A stretch of DNA of 64,000 nt from Vampirovibrio sp. (GTDB lineage: Bacteria; Cyanobacteriota; Vampirovibrionia; Vampirovibrionales; JAJTHC01), in assembly GCA_024998755.1 (NCBI GenBank), contig JACEUU010000002.1, positions 3,511 through 67,510 on the forward strand, in the 5' to 3' direction. Under the pieces are notes generated by a model, which saw only the letters and a program-made list of their open reading frames with translations, searched no databases and was not told the DNA's origin. Of this stretch, positions 44,709 to 55,377 are shown piece by piece. Every line of letters starts with the position of its first letter. Within the stretch, counting starts at the first letter, position 1. Position numbers and translations under genes: made by a program.

Positions 44709-45473
44709 ATGCAAACCAATCAGCAACCACTTATTCAAGTCAAAAATCTTAAGAAAAAATATGCCGAAGATGGGCCTTGGGTCTTAAATGATATTACATT
44801 TGATGTTTATGAAAACGAAGTGTTGGCGATTATTGGCACCAGTGGCTGCGGAAAAAGTACGTTATTGAAGTGTATTGCAGGGTTGGAATGCCCCACCGAA
44901 GGACAGGTTGTTTTGAATGACCCTAATTACACCCTTGTTTTCCAGTATTCTGCTTTGTTTGATTCGCTCAGTGTGTTTGAAAATGTGGCATTTGCTTTGT
45001 TAGAACCGCCTGATGATGCCACTACGTTCAAGCGTCTACCAAAGGCTGAAATTGCTAAACAGGTAGAAGAAAAGCTCAAAATGGTTGGTTTGGACGGCAT
45101 TGAAGAAAAACGCCCCAACGAACTTTCTGGTGGTATGCAAAAACGGGTTAGTTTTGCTAGGGCGATTATGTCGAACCCCAGAATTATTCTTTATGATGAG
45201 CCGACTTCGGGGTTAGATCCTGTAGCAGCCAATACCTTGGAAGATTACATGAATGTGTTAAGCAGAGAATTAAAAGCTGCTTCAGTAGTAGTTACCCATA
45301 CGCTTTCAACCATTTGCAGAACCGCTCATCGGGTTATTTTGTTGAATGAAGGGGTGATTCATTGGTCAGGCACACCGCAGGAATTATTACAGACAGATGA
45401 CCCTATTGCTAGCAGATTTGCAAAAGCCGCCTTGGATACGACTTCCGCTGCGGCTACAGGCGTTCGGGTTTAG
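44709..45473 (+). CDS. ABC transporter ATP-binding protein (MlaF/Ttg2A-like)
   Basis: GTSGCGKST, FQYSALFDSL, LSGGMQKRV, YDEPTSGLDP. Confidence 0.88.
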   Translation: MQTNQQPLIQVKNLKKKYAEDGPWVLNDITFDVYENEVLAIIGTSGCGKSTLLKCIAGLECPTEGQVVLNDPNYTLVFQYSALFDSLSVFENVAFALLEPPDDATTFKRLPKAEIAKQVEEKLKMVGLDGIEEKRPNELSGGMQKRVSFARAIMSNPRIILYDEPTSGLDPVAANTLEDYMNVLSRELKAASVVVTHTLSTICRTAHRVILLNEGVIHWSGTPQELLQTDDPIASRFAKAALDTTSAAATGVRV

Positions 45474-45573
45474 TTGGTTATTTTGGGTACTTGGCATTTT
45501 TTCCATGTTTATGCTTAAATTAAGTGATAAGTTTAATTTAATAGTTATGATTGATGCTTGAAAGGGCGATATA

Positions 45574-46143
45574 ATGGGATACGTTTCTACCAACGATTTT
45601 AAAACAGGGTTGACCCTTGAAATTGATAGTGCTTTAATGCAGGTTATTGAATTTTTGCACGTAAAACCCGGTAAAGGTGCGGCGTTTGTTCGTTCAAAAC
45701 TGCGTAACGTGTTAACAGGGCAAGTGGTTGAAAAAACGTTCCGTGCTGGTGAAAAATTGGAAACTGCCCATTTGGATAGAAGCGATATGAGCTACCTTTA
45801 TAATGATGGCACTGAATATACCTTTATGGATACCAACACGTTTGAGCAAATCACCATTCCTGCCAGTATGATTGGCGATAATGGCATTAAATACCTCAAA
45901 GAAAATATGATTTGCATGATTGTTCGGCACAACGACAAGGTTGTGATGGTGGATATACCTTCGCACGTTGAACTTGAAGTAGTGGATACCCCCCCTAACG
46001 ATAAAGGTAACACCGCTCAAGGTGGCTCGAAACCTGCTACGTTGGAAACAGGGGCTACGGTTCAAGTGCCTTTCTTTGTTGTGAATGGGACAATTATTCG
46101 GGTAGATACTCGCAATAACTCTTACCTTGACCGTGTAAACTAG
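45574..46143 (+). CDS. efp: Elongation factor P
   Basis: HVKPGKGAAFVR, KGNT, KPATLETG. Confidence 0.97.
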   Translation: MGYVSTNDFKTGLTLEIDSALMQVIEFLHVKPGKGAAFVRSKLRNVLTGQVVEKTFRAGEKLETAHLDRSDMSYLYNDGTEYTFMDTNTFEQITIPASMIGDNGIKYLKENMICMIVRHNDKVVMVDIPSHVELEVVDTPPNDKGNTAQGGSKPATLETGATVQVPFFVVNGTIIRVDTRNNSYLDRVN

Positions 46144-46186
46144 GCGTTATTCAGCTTTTTGTTAATTAAAAAGGACTCAATTCCTC

Positions 46187-46678
46187 ATGATGGACGTTAA
46201 TATTGAACAACTTAAAGCCTTGGCTGAACTAGCAAAAGCCAATGAATTGGCTGAAATTACGGTTACAGATGGTGATAAAAGTATTACCATTAAAACACCG
46301 TCTTCAGTTTCTCATACCGTAAACCAGTTTTCTGGTGGTGGTGTTTCTACTTTCGCTCCTGCAATGGCTGGTGCAACCACTGCTGTAGCCACGGAATCTT
46401 CCAGTCCCTCTCCTTCTGTTGTTGCGGTAGATGCGGCAAACATTAAAACGATTAGTGCCCCAATGGTTGGTACGTTTTATGCGTCTTCTTCCCCAGAATC
46501 ACCCGTTTTTGTTGAAAAAGGGACGGTAGTAAAAGTGGGTCAAACACTTTGTATTTTGGAAGCCATGAAGCAGATGAATCAGCTGGAAAGTGAATTGGCT
46601 GGCACGATTGTTGAAGTGTTAGGTCAAAATGGTCAGCCTGTTGAATTTGGTCAGCCTTTATTTAAAATTCAAGTGTAA
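46187..46678 (+). CDS. accB: Acetyl-CoA carboxylase biotin carboxyl carrier protein
   Basis: APMVGTFY, EAMK, VEFGQPLF. Confidence 0.96.
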   Translation: MMDVNIEQLKALAELAKANELAEITVTDGDKSITIKTPSSVSHTVNQFSGGGVSTFAPAMAGATTAVATESSSPSPSVVAVDAANIKTISAPMVGTFYASSSPESPVFVEKGTVVKVGQTLCILEAMKQMNQLESELAGTIVEVLGQNGQPVEFGQPLFKIQV

Positions 46679-46717
46679 CGGTTTTATTTTAGTTCGTTTG
46701 TTTGAGGTTTATCGTTG

Positions 46718-47773
46718 ATGTTTTCTTCTCTCGTTCAGTCTGCTTTTCATGCTAAAACGGTTCAACGGGTTGGCTTCAGTTGGCTTTTCGTTGTAGTTAC
46801 CTTCTTTGTCTGCTTATTCATTAGTCAAGTTATGGCTCAACCTTTGCGGTTGGCTTCAAGTAGTTATTGGCAAGCAGGAATGAACTTTATTACCGCTTCT
46901 TTAAGCGATAAAGAACCGAATACAACCCATTTTATCGCCGTGGGCGATACGGGTTCTGGCAATAACAATCAACAAGCGGTAGCTACGGCTATGAAAGACC
47001 GGTATGCTACGAACCCCTATCAATTCGTTTTGCATTTGGGTGATATTATTTATCCTGTAGGTAATGTAGATAAAGATGGGGAACGGTTATATACCAATTT
47101 TTATCGGTTTTGGTATGAAGAGTTCAAAGTGCCTGTTTGGTTAACCCTTGGTAACCACGATAAAATTTATAAACACGGCAAGCCTGCTCTTAAATTTTAC
47201 CGTATGCCGAATTATTATTATAAAAACACCATGGGTAATATGGAACTGTTCACCTTAGATACCAACAACTTCGATGCGAAGCAACAAGCATGGCTAAAAA
47301 GCGGGCTAGCTTCTTCTAAAGCGAAATGGAAAGTGGTCTACGGGCATCATCCTATTGGTACTTCTGGGGAGCACGCCAGAGAAAAGTTGGTGTTGGATTT
47401 GAGAAAAACGTTATTACCAACCCTTGCTGAAGGCAAAGCAGACTCTTACTTGGCAGGACACGACCATGATTATGAACGGTTTACCCCAATGGCTGAAAGC
47501 CCCTTGATGACTATTGTTTCAGGTGGTGGTGGTGCTTATTTACGAGATAAAGCCGAAGAACGTGTGGGTAGCTTGAAATTTATTAAAGCTCACCATTACT
47601 TGGAAGGTTTGGCGGATGATAAAACCTTGCGTCTTCAGGCGTTAGATGTGAATAATAAGCAGTTGGATTGCGTGGTTCTTAAGAAATCTGCAGCTAAGTT
47701 GGTTTTTCAATCTGCTGTTTGGAAAACGTGCGACCAAGTGGTTGTTCCGTTTACGACTGAGGTGGCAAAATAG
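46718..47773 (+). CDS. Exported metallophosphoesterase (purple acid phosphatase-like)
   Basis: GDTG, GDIIY, GNHD, GHHP, GHDH, SGGGG. Confidence 0.88.
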   Translation: MFSSLVQSAFHAKTVQRVGFSWLFVVVTFFVCLFISQVMAQPLRLASSSYWQAGMNFITASLSDKEPNTTHFIAVGDTGSGNNNQQAVATAMKDRYATNPYQFVLHLGDIIYPVGNVDKDGERLYTNFYRFWYEEFKVPVWLTLGNHDKIYKHGKPALKFYRMPNYYYKNTMGNMELFTLDTNNFDAKQQAWLKSGLASSKAKWKVVYGHHPIGTSGEHAREKLVLDLRKTLLPTLAEGKADSYLAGHDHDYERFTPMAESPLMTIVSGGGGAYLRDKAEERVGSLKFIKAHHYLEGLADDKTLRLQALDVNNKQLDCVVLKKSAAKLVFQSAVWKTCDQVVVPFTTEVAK

Positions 47774-48060
47774 TGGTTTCAAGCGTAGTTAAATTAGTTG
47801 AAGAGAAATTGAAATTAGCTTATTGCCCCACTTACTTTGAATTGGTTGATAATTCTTGGCAACACGCTGGTCATGCCGGTAATAAAATGGGTGGTAGCCA
47901 TTTGGGTGTTTTGATGGCTTCTGCTGTGTTTGAAGGGCTTTCTACTTTGCAACGTCATCGTCATGTTAATAATACCCTGAAGGCAGAAATGGCAGGGTCT
48001 GTTCACGCATTAGAACTAAGACTTTACACCCCTGAACAGTTCGCCCAGCTTGGTTCATGA
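47773..48060 (+). CDS. bolA: BolA family protein
   Basis: HAGHAG, SH, QRHRHV, VHALEL. Confidence 0.9.
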   Translation: MVSSVVKLVEEKLKLAYCPTYFELVDNSWQHAGHAGNKMGGSHLGVLMASAVFEGLSTLQRHRHVNNTLKAEMAGSVHALELRLYTPEQFAQLGS

Positions 48061-48098
48061 TTTTGTTTTTTAAACGATTCTAGTGGATATTTCAGTAC

Positions 48099-49289
48099 CT
48101 ACCCCGATATGTTTATAATGGCTTGCTCTAAAGTGGCTAGTTGTTTAGCAAAACAAACCCGAACATATTGCGTTTCAATGCTGTTTTCACGAGGAGGGGT
48201 TCGGTAAAAACATCGCCCTGGCACGACTGAAAAGCCTTTAGTTCGAATCCACGAATCAACCGCTTCTAAATCAGAGTTAAATCCAGCAGGGGTAACAGGC
48301 AACCAAAAGTAATAAGCACCTTGCGGTAAACCTGCATAAGGCAAACCTAAGGCATCCAAAAAGCCGACCATTTTCCCCCTCCGCTGATGGAAATCAGCTG
48401 AAAGTTGATGTAAATAAGTTGGTAATTCAGGGCTAGTTAACAAATAACTGGTGGCAATTTGCCAATGGCTAACCGTACCAGCACTTAACACATCATGGAT
48501 TTTGCGTATAGCTTCAGTAACAGTGGGGTTCGCTAAAACCCAGCCCACACGCCAACCCGTAGCACTAAAGGTTTTTGAAACACTTTGCAGGGTAATAACC
48601 CATGGACGAATAGCAGTATCTAACGTGGCGGTGGGCGTGTGTTTGCGTCCATCGTACAAAAGGTTTTCATAAACTTCATCGCTAACCAAATAAATACCCC
48701 GCTCCGCACAAGCTAACCCTAATGCTGTTAAAGAAGCGGTATCAAAAACCGTACCGGTAGGGTTACAGGGGGAATTAATGATAATAGCCTTCGTTTTTGG
48801 CGTGAAGCTTGCGATAATTCGGTCAACATCTAAAGCAAACAAGGGTGGGGGTAGCGGCACAAAAACTGGCGTTGCCCCTAGTAATTTAATGACTGGTAAA
48901 TAACTTTCATAAAAGGGTTCTAGCAAAACTACTTCATCTGCAGGGTTAAGAACTGCGGCTAAGCCAGCATAAATGCCTTCAGTAGCCCCTGTAGTAACGG
49001 TTATTTCCGTTTCAGGATGATAACTAATACCATATTGTTGTTGATTATAACTGGCAATGGCTTGGCGAAGCGGTTGGTAGCCCCAGGTATTTTCCGCTTG
49101 ATGCCAAACCCCGTTGCCTGCTAAAGCTTGCTGAGCAGCGTTTAACACCAGCGGAGCGGGTGCGAAATCAGGCAAGCCTTCTGCTAGGTTAATAGCCCCT
49201 ACTTGGTTGGCAAGCCTAGTCATATTGCAAATAACTGATTCTGAAATGCCTTGCACAACCGTACTAATGATATTTTTAGAAAAAGACAT
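48099..49289 (-). CDS. Class I/II PLP-dependent aminotransferase
   Basis: NLAEGLPD, NSPCNPTG, SDEVY, SKTFSATGWRVGW. Confidence 0.92.
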   Translation of the reverse strand: MSFSKNIISTVVQGISESVICNMTRLANQVGAINLAEGLPDFAPAPLVLNAAQQALAGNGVWHQAENTWGYQPLRQAIASYNQQQYGISYHPETEITVTTGATEGIYAGLAAVLNPADEVVLLEPFYESYLPVIKLLGATPVFVPLPPPLFALDVDRIIASFTPKTKAIIINSPCNPTGTVFDTASLTALGLACAERGIYLVSDEVYENLLYDGRKHTPTATLDTAIRPWVITLQSVSKTFSATGWRVGWVLANPTVTEAIRKIHDVLSAGTVSHWQIATSYLLTSPELPTYLHQLSADFHQRRGKMVGFLDALGLPYAGLPQGAYYFWLPVTPAGFNSDLEAVDSWIRTKGFSVVPGRCFYRTPPRENSIETQYVRVCFAKQLATLEQAIINISG

Positions 49290-49530
49290 GAATAAAATAA
49301 ACTTTCTATTCTTTAGTATGCAAAATAATAACTTACTGTTATTATAGCTTTTTTATGAAAACAATGTATAAAAATACACCCTTAAATACTACAACGCTTT
49401 AAAAATTATCCGTGGATACAGAATTATTGCTATGTTAAATAAGCCACATATGAAAATTAGCCTAGTGCTAGTCTTTCAAAACAACCTAATTTAGGTGAAT
49501 TAGAAGCAATGGTTTTTAATAATTAACCAA

Positions 49531-50634
49531 CTACCAGTGCCAGTTTTTGATGGTATCTACCACTAACGCCACGTTTTCAACTGGGGTTAGGGGTAATACA
49601 CCATGCCCCAAGTTAAACACATAATGACTTTGCCCGCCTTGAGCAATAGTGGCTTCCGTTAAAGCTTGAAGCTTGGCTTTATCAGTCAAAAACAACGCAG
49701 TAGAATCCAAATTACCCTGTAAAACCGTCCCTGCTGGAAATAGATTTCTAGCCTCATCTAATCGGGTTAGCTCATCAAGGCTAAAGCAATCAGCATTAAG
49801 CTTAGCCATAGTAGGCAACAACCCACGGGAATGCTTCACAAAGATGATAACAGCCACCGTAGGGTGTTTCGCCTTTAATGCATCTATGACTTGGGCTTGG
49901 TATGCCTGCACAAAGGCTTCATAATAAGCGGTTGGTACATTGCCCGCCCAAGTATCAAACAATTGAATAACTTGAGCACCCGCTTGAATTTGAGCATCGC
50001 AATAGTCAATGACCATCGCCGTAATGGTTGCTAATAGCTGATGCAACGCTTCGGGCTGTTCAAACAACCACTGTTTTGAAAACCGACCGGTTTTCCAGCT
50101 ACAGCCTTCTAAGGCGTAACTAGCCAACGTCCACGGAGCACCCGCAAAACCAATCAAGGCAATGCCCGTATCTTTCAATTCATGTCGCATCATTTGAAGC
50201 GATTTGATGAGAAAATCACAATCAACCATCGGGTCAAAGCCATGAAGGCGTTTCAAATCATCCACATGTCGAACAGGGTTGGCAAACTGCGGGCCTTTTT
50301 CATCGGTGAACGCCAGTTCCAACCCCATAGCTTGAAGGGGTATAAGAATATCTGAAAAAATAATGGAAGCGTCAAACCCGAATTGCTGAAGTGGTTGCAA
50401 CGTTACTTCTACCGCTACTTCGGGTGTATGGCAAATTTCCAAAAACGTATGGCGTTTACGGACAGCTTGATATTGGGGCATATATCTGCCCGCTTGCCGC
50501 ATCATCCACACAGGTGGACGTTCTAATGTTTCACCCTTTAAGGCTCTTAGTAATAAGGGCTCAAAATTGGGGGTTTCAGCATAAGGGGTAGGCAAGTTGC
50601 CGGTCGGTTGATAGCGGGTTGAAGTCATTGTCAT
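49531..50634 (-). CDS. hemE: Uroporphyrinogen decarboxylase
   Basis: PPVWMMRQAGRY, FSDIL, GFAGAPWT, QGNLD, NLGHG. Confidence 0.96.
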   Translation of the reverse strand: MTMTSTRYQPTGNLPTPYAETPNFEPLLLRALKGETLERPPVWMMRQAGRYMPQYQAVRKRHTFLEICHTPEVAVEVTLQPLQQFGFDASIIFSDILIPLQAMGLELAFTDEKGPQFANPVRHVDDLKRLHGFDPMVDCDFLIKSLQMMRHELKDTGIALIGFAGAPWTLASYALEGCSWKTGRFSKQWLFEQPEALHQLLATITAMVIDYCDAQIQAGAQVIQLFDTWAGNVPTAYYEAFVQAYQAQVIDALKAKHPTVAVIIFVKHSRGLLPTMAKLNADCFSLDELTRLDEARNLFPAGTVLQGNLDSTALFLTDKAKLQALTEATIAQGGQSHYVFNLGHGVLPLTPVENVALVVDTIKNWHW

Positions 50635-50676
50635 TTTATGTTTACAGCCTTTTAATTCATAGCAAGTAATAGTGGG

Positions 50677-50985
50677 TTAAGCCTTATCAATAACCCATGC
50701 GGAAAATAGAAAAATCAACTGCAAAATCAAGGCTGTTGCAGCTAACCGAACAAATGCTCCCTTGGGGCTTTCTGGGTTATTAGGCGGTGCTAGCAAATAA
50801 GGGATACCCACGCAAGGCATGGCAAAAACGGCACTAAGCCAAGGGAAAACCGGTTTTTCTGTTTTTTTACAATACCGATAGCAACTGAGCAGAAAAAATA
50901 CGTTTGGCACTAAGATAATAGCCACTGTAAACAAGGGGTGTCGCATGGGCAACAACGCTGGTAAATCTAAAAATAACATCATCAT
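50677..50985 (-). CDS. Small hypothetical membrane protein
   Basis: About 100 aa with three hydrophobic segments; ATGx3 directly after AGAGGAA. Confidence 0.6.
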   Translation of the reverse strand: MMMLFLDLPALLPMRHPLFTVAIILVPNVFFLLSCYRYCKKTEKPVFPWLSAVFAMPCVGIPYLLAPPNNPESPKGAFVRLAATALILQLIFLFSAWVIDKA

Positions 50986-51063
50986 TTCCTCTACCAAATA
51001 AGGGTTGAATAAACACCTTATTAGTATAAGTGAAATATGGGCTTACCAGACTATGAATTTTCA

Positions 51064-51175
51064 AAAAGCCTCGGAAAAAGTTTCAGTGGGATGGGATAAT
51101 GAGGCACGTTGATTCCTCTGGAATCACTCCCGCCTCGGGATTAGCACGCTCAATGGAGCTTTTTCCGAGGCTTTT
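51064..51175. repeat. 112 bp palindromic element S
   Basis: 17-bp arms AAAAGCCTCGGAAAAAG/CTTTTTCCGAGGCTTTT; internal AGGCACGTTGATT..AATCA shared with element Q. Confidence 0.75.
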
Positions 51176-51429
51176 CAAGAATGGGTGCTGATTGTTTCAA
51201 TAGGCTGCGTAAGCACGGGGTTGCTTTTAAACATTTTGGCTATAAAGGCTTCAACCCCAGTAGGGCCAGCTATCATTAACCCACCTAAAATAACGGTGGT
51301 TAGCAGAAACGTGCAAAGATATTCATAAATACCACGTTGAATGCTAATGCGTTGCGTGGGGAATTTATGCGAAGCAGGTTCAATGGCTTGAGAAACGACA
51401 AACGATGTTGATTGTTGTGATACTGCCAT
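51175..51429 (-). CDS. Small hypothetical membrane protein
   Basis: 84 aa with one TM helix; purine-rich SD-like region upstream. Confidence 0.55.
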   Translation of the reverse strand: MAVSQQSTSFVVSQAIEPASHKFPTQRISIQRGIYEYLCTFLLTTVILGGLMIAGPTGVEAFIAKMFKSNPVLTQPIETISTHS

Positions 51430-51876
51430 GAGACCCTTTCCCCTCTTTTTTACTTGGATTATTAGATAAATTCACTATTTTTTGATTCTGTTATTCTCAG
51501 TCTCTTGTTAACAATACCTATCGGATACTAAAAACGATAGGTAAAGGGGTCGGCTTATTTAGTAACAATTCCTTTACAAAAAAGCAAGTCAAATTGTAAC
51601 TAAATGTAACTAATTTATGATGATTGTATGACTATCTACTACCTTGTAGTAAAATAATCACAATGGTAATGTTCTAATTTAGTGTGATTCTTAGTTCGTT
51701 GATTCACTTCTTTTTCGCTTTTGACTTTACTTTTTTTCTTTTACAGGTGTAATAAAAATGCTAAAATATAACCTTCAGTGAAGGGTTCAGCTTTGTTACA
51801 TTCAGATGTTTAAAAAATTACAAAAAAGCAGTTGCTTTTATTTTAAAATTTCAAACAATCAAATTGGTACTTATTT

Positions 51877-52461
51877 ATGATTACGTCTCTTCCTTATTAT
51901 CAATCCACCACACCCACTGTTTCTACTCAGTCTGCCGCATTGCGTTCAGGTAAAATTGAATTGTTTGTAGGGTCTACACCCGCCGTTGAAGCTGTCATGG
52001 CTCAGCCTGTGCCGGTAAATCAACCGGTGTTAAGGCTAACGGCCAACACCTACGAAAGCCCTGAAGATTACGGACTGTTTGCCCCTAAAAAACCCGTTGA
52101 AAAAACACTGTTTTCCCATGCTGATGCTGACAATATTGTGCCCAATGGGGTTCAAGGGTCTGAAGCGGGTTATTTGTACCCGTTAAAAAAAGGGCAAACC
52201 TTTGGTATTCGAATTACAGATAAAGACGTTGAAAGATTTCTGAATAGCATTGGGGTTGAACGTTGGCCTGGCTTGGTTGCCAACCCTATTCGGTTAACAA
52301 GAACCTTGGGCGATTATTTAAATGAATCGCTTTATAAAGATGCTGCGAATAAGCCTGTGGGTATTCAAGAAGTAGCCTTGGCTAACACTTCACCAACCGC
52401 TGAAAAATCGCCACGGTCAGTGAATGTGGGTCGTATTAAACCGCTCAATGTAATGGCTTAA
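51877..52461 (+). CDS. Hypothetical protein
   Basis: 194 aa ORF with Ser/Thr-rich N-terminus. Confidence 0.65.
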   Translation: MITSLPYYQSTTPTVSTQSAALRSGKIELFVGSTPAVEAVMAQPVPVNQPVLRLTANTYESPEDYGLFAPKKPVEKTLFSHADADNIVPNGVQGSEAGYLYPLKKGQTFGIRITDKDVERFLNSIGVERWPGLVANPIRLTRTLGDYLNESLYKDAANKPVGIQEVALANTSPTAEKSPRSVNVGRIKPLNVMA

Positions 52462-52529
52462 GTTTAACTACATAACACCTGACAAAAACAAGATAAACAC
52501 TGATGTTTTATAGCTTTTGTTAGAATTGT

Positions 52530-52787
52530 TAGCTTCAAACCATAGGCAGTTGAAGATAGGCTGGTGCAAGCGTAGCGAAGCAGACCAATTAGGGAGCTTC
52601 TAGCTTCCGGTCAAGCCTATTTTCAACGTATACCCAAACCAATTAACCAGTTGTTCCCCTGGGGATTATTAAGGGGGTTACGGGCGAAAGCTCCCTAACT
52701 TTTGCGGGGGGTGTGGGGGGTACTCAAACAGTACCCCCCATGAAGCCCTAGCCCGAAGCGATAACCTTCAACCAAAAAAGGTCAGGT
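52530..52787. repeat. Structured repeat R, copy 1
   Basis: Homologous to 54418-54691 and 56463-56745. Confidence 0.85.
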
Positions 52788-52887
52788 TTTAGGTCTTAAC
52801 TTTCTATTTCTACCCAAGTACTTTCTTTTTGTGTAAAATTGAACTACCTGCTAATTCATTCATTACAATAAGAAAGCTTATTACATC

Positions 52888-54345
52888 ATGCCTAAACCTA
52901 GTAGCACTGCTATTGCAGCCAAAACAGTCGTTGTCATTGGGGCAGGGCCAGGTGGCTATGCCTGTGCTATTCGGCTAGCCCAACAGGGGCACACGGTAAC
53001 TCTCATTGAAAAAGAAAACCTAGGTGGTACTTGCCTTAACTGGGGATGTATTCCTTCTAAAGCGTTTATTCATGTCGGCGAATTTTATCATCAACTGCTT
53101 TCAGGTGAAAGCGAAGCCTTTGGCGTTTCAGTTAGCCAAGCGACGTTAGATTGGCAAAAAACAGTGGCTTGGAAAGACGCTATTTTAACCCGTCTTCGAG
53201 GTGGTATTCAACACCTACTAACCAAACACAAAGTAACCATCATCAAGGCAACTGCAGTTCTTGAAGCCAATAAAACCATCCAATTAACCCATGCAGATGG
53301 TAAAACACAAACCCTACAACCACAAGCCATTGTATTAGCGATGGGTTCTAGACCTTCTATTCTGCCTAATTATGCTGATATACTAGACGGTCAATTTATA
53401 CTCAATTCCAACCAGTTGATGATGCTACCTAGCCTACCTAAAAGCATGGCTATTTTAGGCGGGGGTATTATTGGGCTTGAATTAGGCTGTATGCTAGCCC
53501 ATTTGGGGGTAGATGTTACCATTATTGAATTTCAGCCTACAGTGCTTACCCATTGGCATACCGAAACGGTTAAGGTGTTTTTACAACAATTAAAATCACT
53601 CGGTGTTAAGTTACTACTTGAAACGACCATTGAAGGCTTGCCTGTCATCAACCAAGTTGATAATACGGTATCTATTACGGTAAAAGATAAAAAATCGAAT
53701 CAAACGACGGGTCTTTCTGTGGAAAAACTATTGTTATGTACCGGTAGAAAGCCTAATATTGAAGGCTTGGCTGAAGCCGGTATTTCGATAAGCCCTTCGG
53801 GCAAAGTGGCGGTTAATCATCAACTGCAAACCACTGTGGCAGGTGTTTATGCCATTGGCGATTTAATTGAAGGCCCTCAACTAGCCCATAAAGCCACCAA
53901 AGAAGGACTATTAGTTGCAGATGTCATTTCAGGTTTCCCTGAACTAAAAGATTGGCGGGCTTTGCCTTCCGTTGTTTACACTGCCCCTGAATTAGCCCAA
54001 GTGGGGCTCAATGAAACCCAAGCGAAAGTGGCAGGCTATGGTCAAGCAACAACCATCTTGTTTCCATTAGGTGCATTGGGGCGTTCTCATACGCTTTCCA
54101 GTAGTGCTTCGCCCAAAGGGCATTTTATTTTAGTGGTAGACGCCGTTACCGATGTGGTTTTGGGCGGAGAAGTGGTTGCACTCAATGCCGGTGAACTAAT
54201 AGCAGAAATAGCGTTGGCGGTAGAATGTGGGCTAACAGCGACGGATTTAGCCTTAACCGTTCACGCCCACCCAACCCTTTCAGAAGGCTGGATGGAAGTG
54301 GCAGAAGCGGTACATAAACAGGCCGTTCATCTTTTTCAAGGGTAG
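52888..54345 (+). CDS. lpdA: Dihydrolipoyl dehydrogenase
   Basis: GAGPGGY, GGTCLNWGCIPSK, GGGIIGLE, HAHPTLSE. Confidence 0.93.
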   Translation: MPKPSSTAIAAKTVVVIGAGPGGYACAIRLAQQGHTVTLIEKENLGGTCLNWGCIPSKAFIHVGEFYHQLLSGESEAFGVSVSQATLDWQKTVAWKDAILTRLRGGIQHLLTKHKVTIIKATAVLEANKTIQLTHADGKTQTLQPQAIVLAMGSRPSILPNYADILDGQFILNSNQLMMLPSLPKSMAILGGGIIGLELGCMLAHLGVDVTIIEFQPTVLTHWHTETVKVFLQQLKSLGVKLLLETTIEGLPVINQVDNTVSITVKDKKSNQTTGLSVEKLLLCTGRKPNIEGLAEAGISISPSGKVAVNHQLQTTVAGVYAIGDLIEGPQLAHKATKEGLLVADVISGFPELKDWRALPSVVYTAPELAQVGLNETQAKVAGYGQATTILFPLGALGRSHTLSSSASPKGHFILVVDAVTDVVLGGEVVALNAGELIAEIALAVECGLTATDLALTVHAHPTLSEGWMEVAEAVHKQAVHLFQG

Positions 54346-54417
54346 TAGAGCTTAAATAATTGCTTCGGTCTGAAATAAAATATAAACGTTTATAATTGAT
54401 AGTTTTTACAGAGATTT

Positions 54418-54691
54418 ATAGCTTCAAATCATGGGCAGTTGAAGATAGGCTGGTGCGAGCGTAGCGAAGCAGAGCATTTAGGGAGCCTCTTTTGCTTCCG
54501 CTCAAGCCTATTTTCAACGTACACGAAAGCCAATTAACCAGTTGTTCCCCTGGGGATTACAAAGGGGGTGGCGAGCAGCCCCTTTGTTTTGCGGGGGGTG
54601 TGGGGGGTGCTCAAACAGTACCCCCCATGAAGCCCTAGCCCGAAGCGATTAACCCGTCCGCATTTTGAAAAATAAAAAAGGTCAGGTGTTA
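54418..54691. repeat. Structured repeat R, copy 2
   Basis: Direct repeat of R1; near-identical to R3. Confidence 0.85.
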
Positions 54692-55189
54692 TAGCAATTC
54701 AAAGTTAGAATAGCGTATAGCTTTCTCTATGTAGGGGTGCGATTTATCGCATCCGTTTAGGGCTTGTGGGACGGACTGATGCAACGCATAGACCGCTAGG
54801 GCTAATAAATCACGCCCCTACAAAAACACGCCATTTAATCTTTGAATTGGTATTAGACACCTTCTTCCAAGAGAACAACCTCATTCTTAAAGAAGGCAAC
54901 TTGGTAGATGCCACCTTTATTAAAGCCAATAGCAAACAGAGAAAAAAGCCTGAAGACCAGAGCGACCCTGATGCCACTTATGGCTACAAAGGCTTTGGTT
55001 ACAGTGCCACGGTTAATGTGGATGCTAATACCAATTCAAAGTTAGAATAGCGTATAGCTTTCTCTATGTAGGGGTGCGATTTATCGCATCCGTTTAGGGC
55101 TTGTGGGACGGACTGATGCAACGCATAGACCGCTAGGGCTAATAAATCACGCCCCTACAAAAACACGCCATTTAATCTTTGAATTGGTA
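54692..55189. mobile_element. Two 161 bp MITE M copies (54692-54852, 55029-55189) bracketing an IS5 transposase fragment
   Basis: TA(C/G)CAATTCAAAG...CTTTGAATTGGTA with internal GTAG REP doublet; middle fragment encodes LILKEGNLVDATFIKA..DPDATY..GY. Confidence 0.85.
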
Positions 55190-55233
55190 TGATTTGTTGG
55201 CTTCCACGTTAGAAAGAGGCTTGAGCGGAAGGC

Positions 55234-55375
55234 TATAGCTGTTCCAAAAGTTATTGAGCCATTTTAAAGGCTTGGTCAATGGCTTCATCTAAAGATAAGG
55301 TATCGGTTAGTAACCGACGAATTCTCGCCTTCAACGCCGACCAAAATCGCTCAATCGGATTCAAATCAGGACTGT
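55234..55375 (-). mobile_element. Terminal fragment of IS630 element A
   Basis: Matches the first ~142 bp of 56951-57883; ends where element B begins. Confidence 0.88.
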
Positions 55376-55377
55376 CA

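Noticed and set aside
54766-55050. 94 aa ORF as a real gene
   Set aside because: It is a chimera of MITE M sequence and an IS5 transposase fragment
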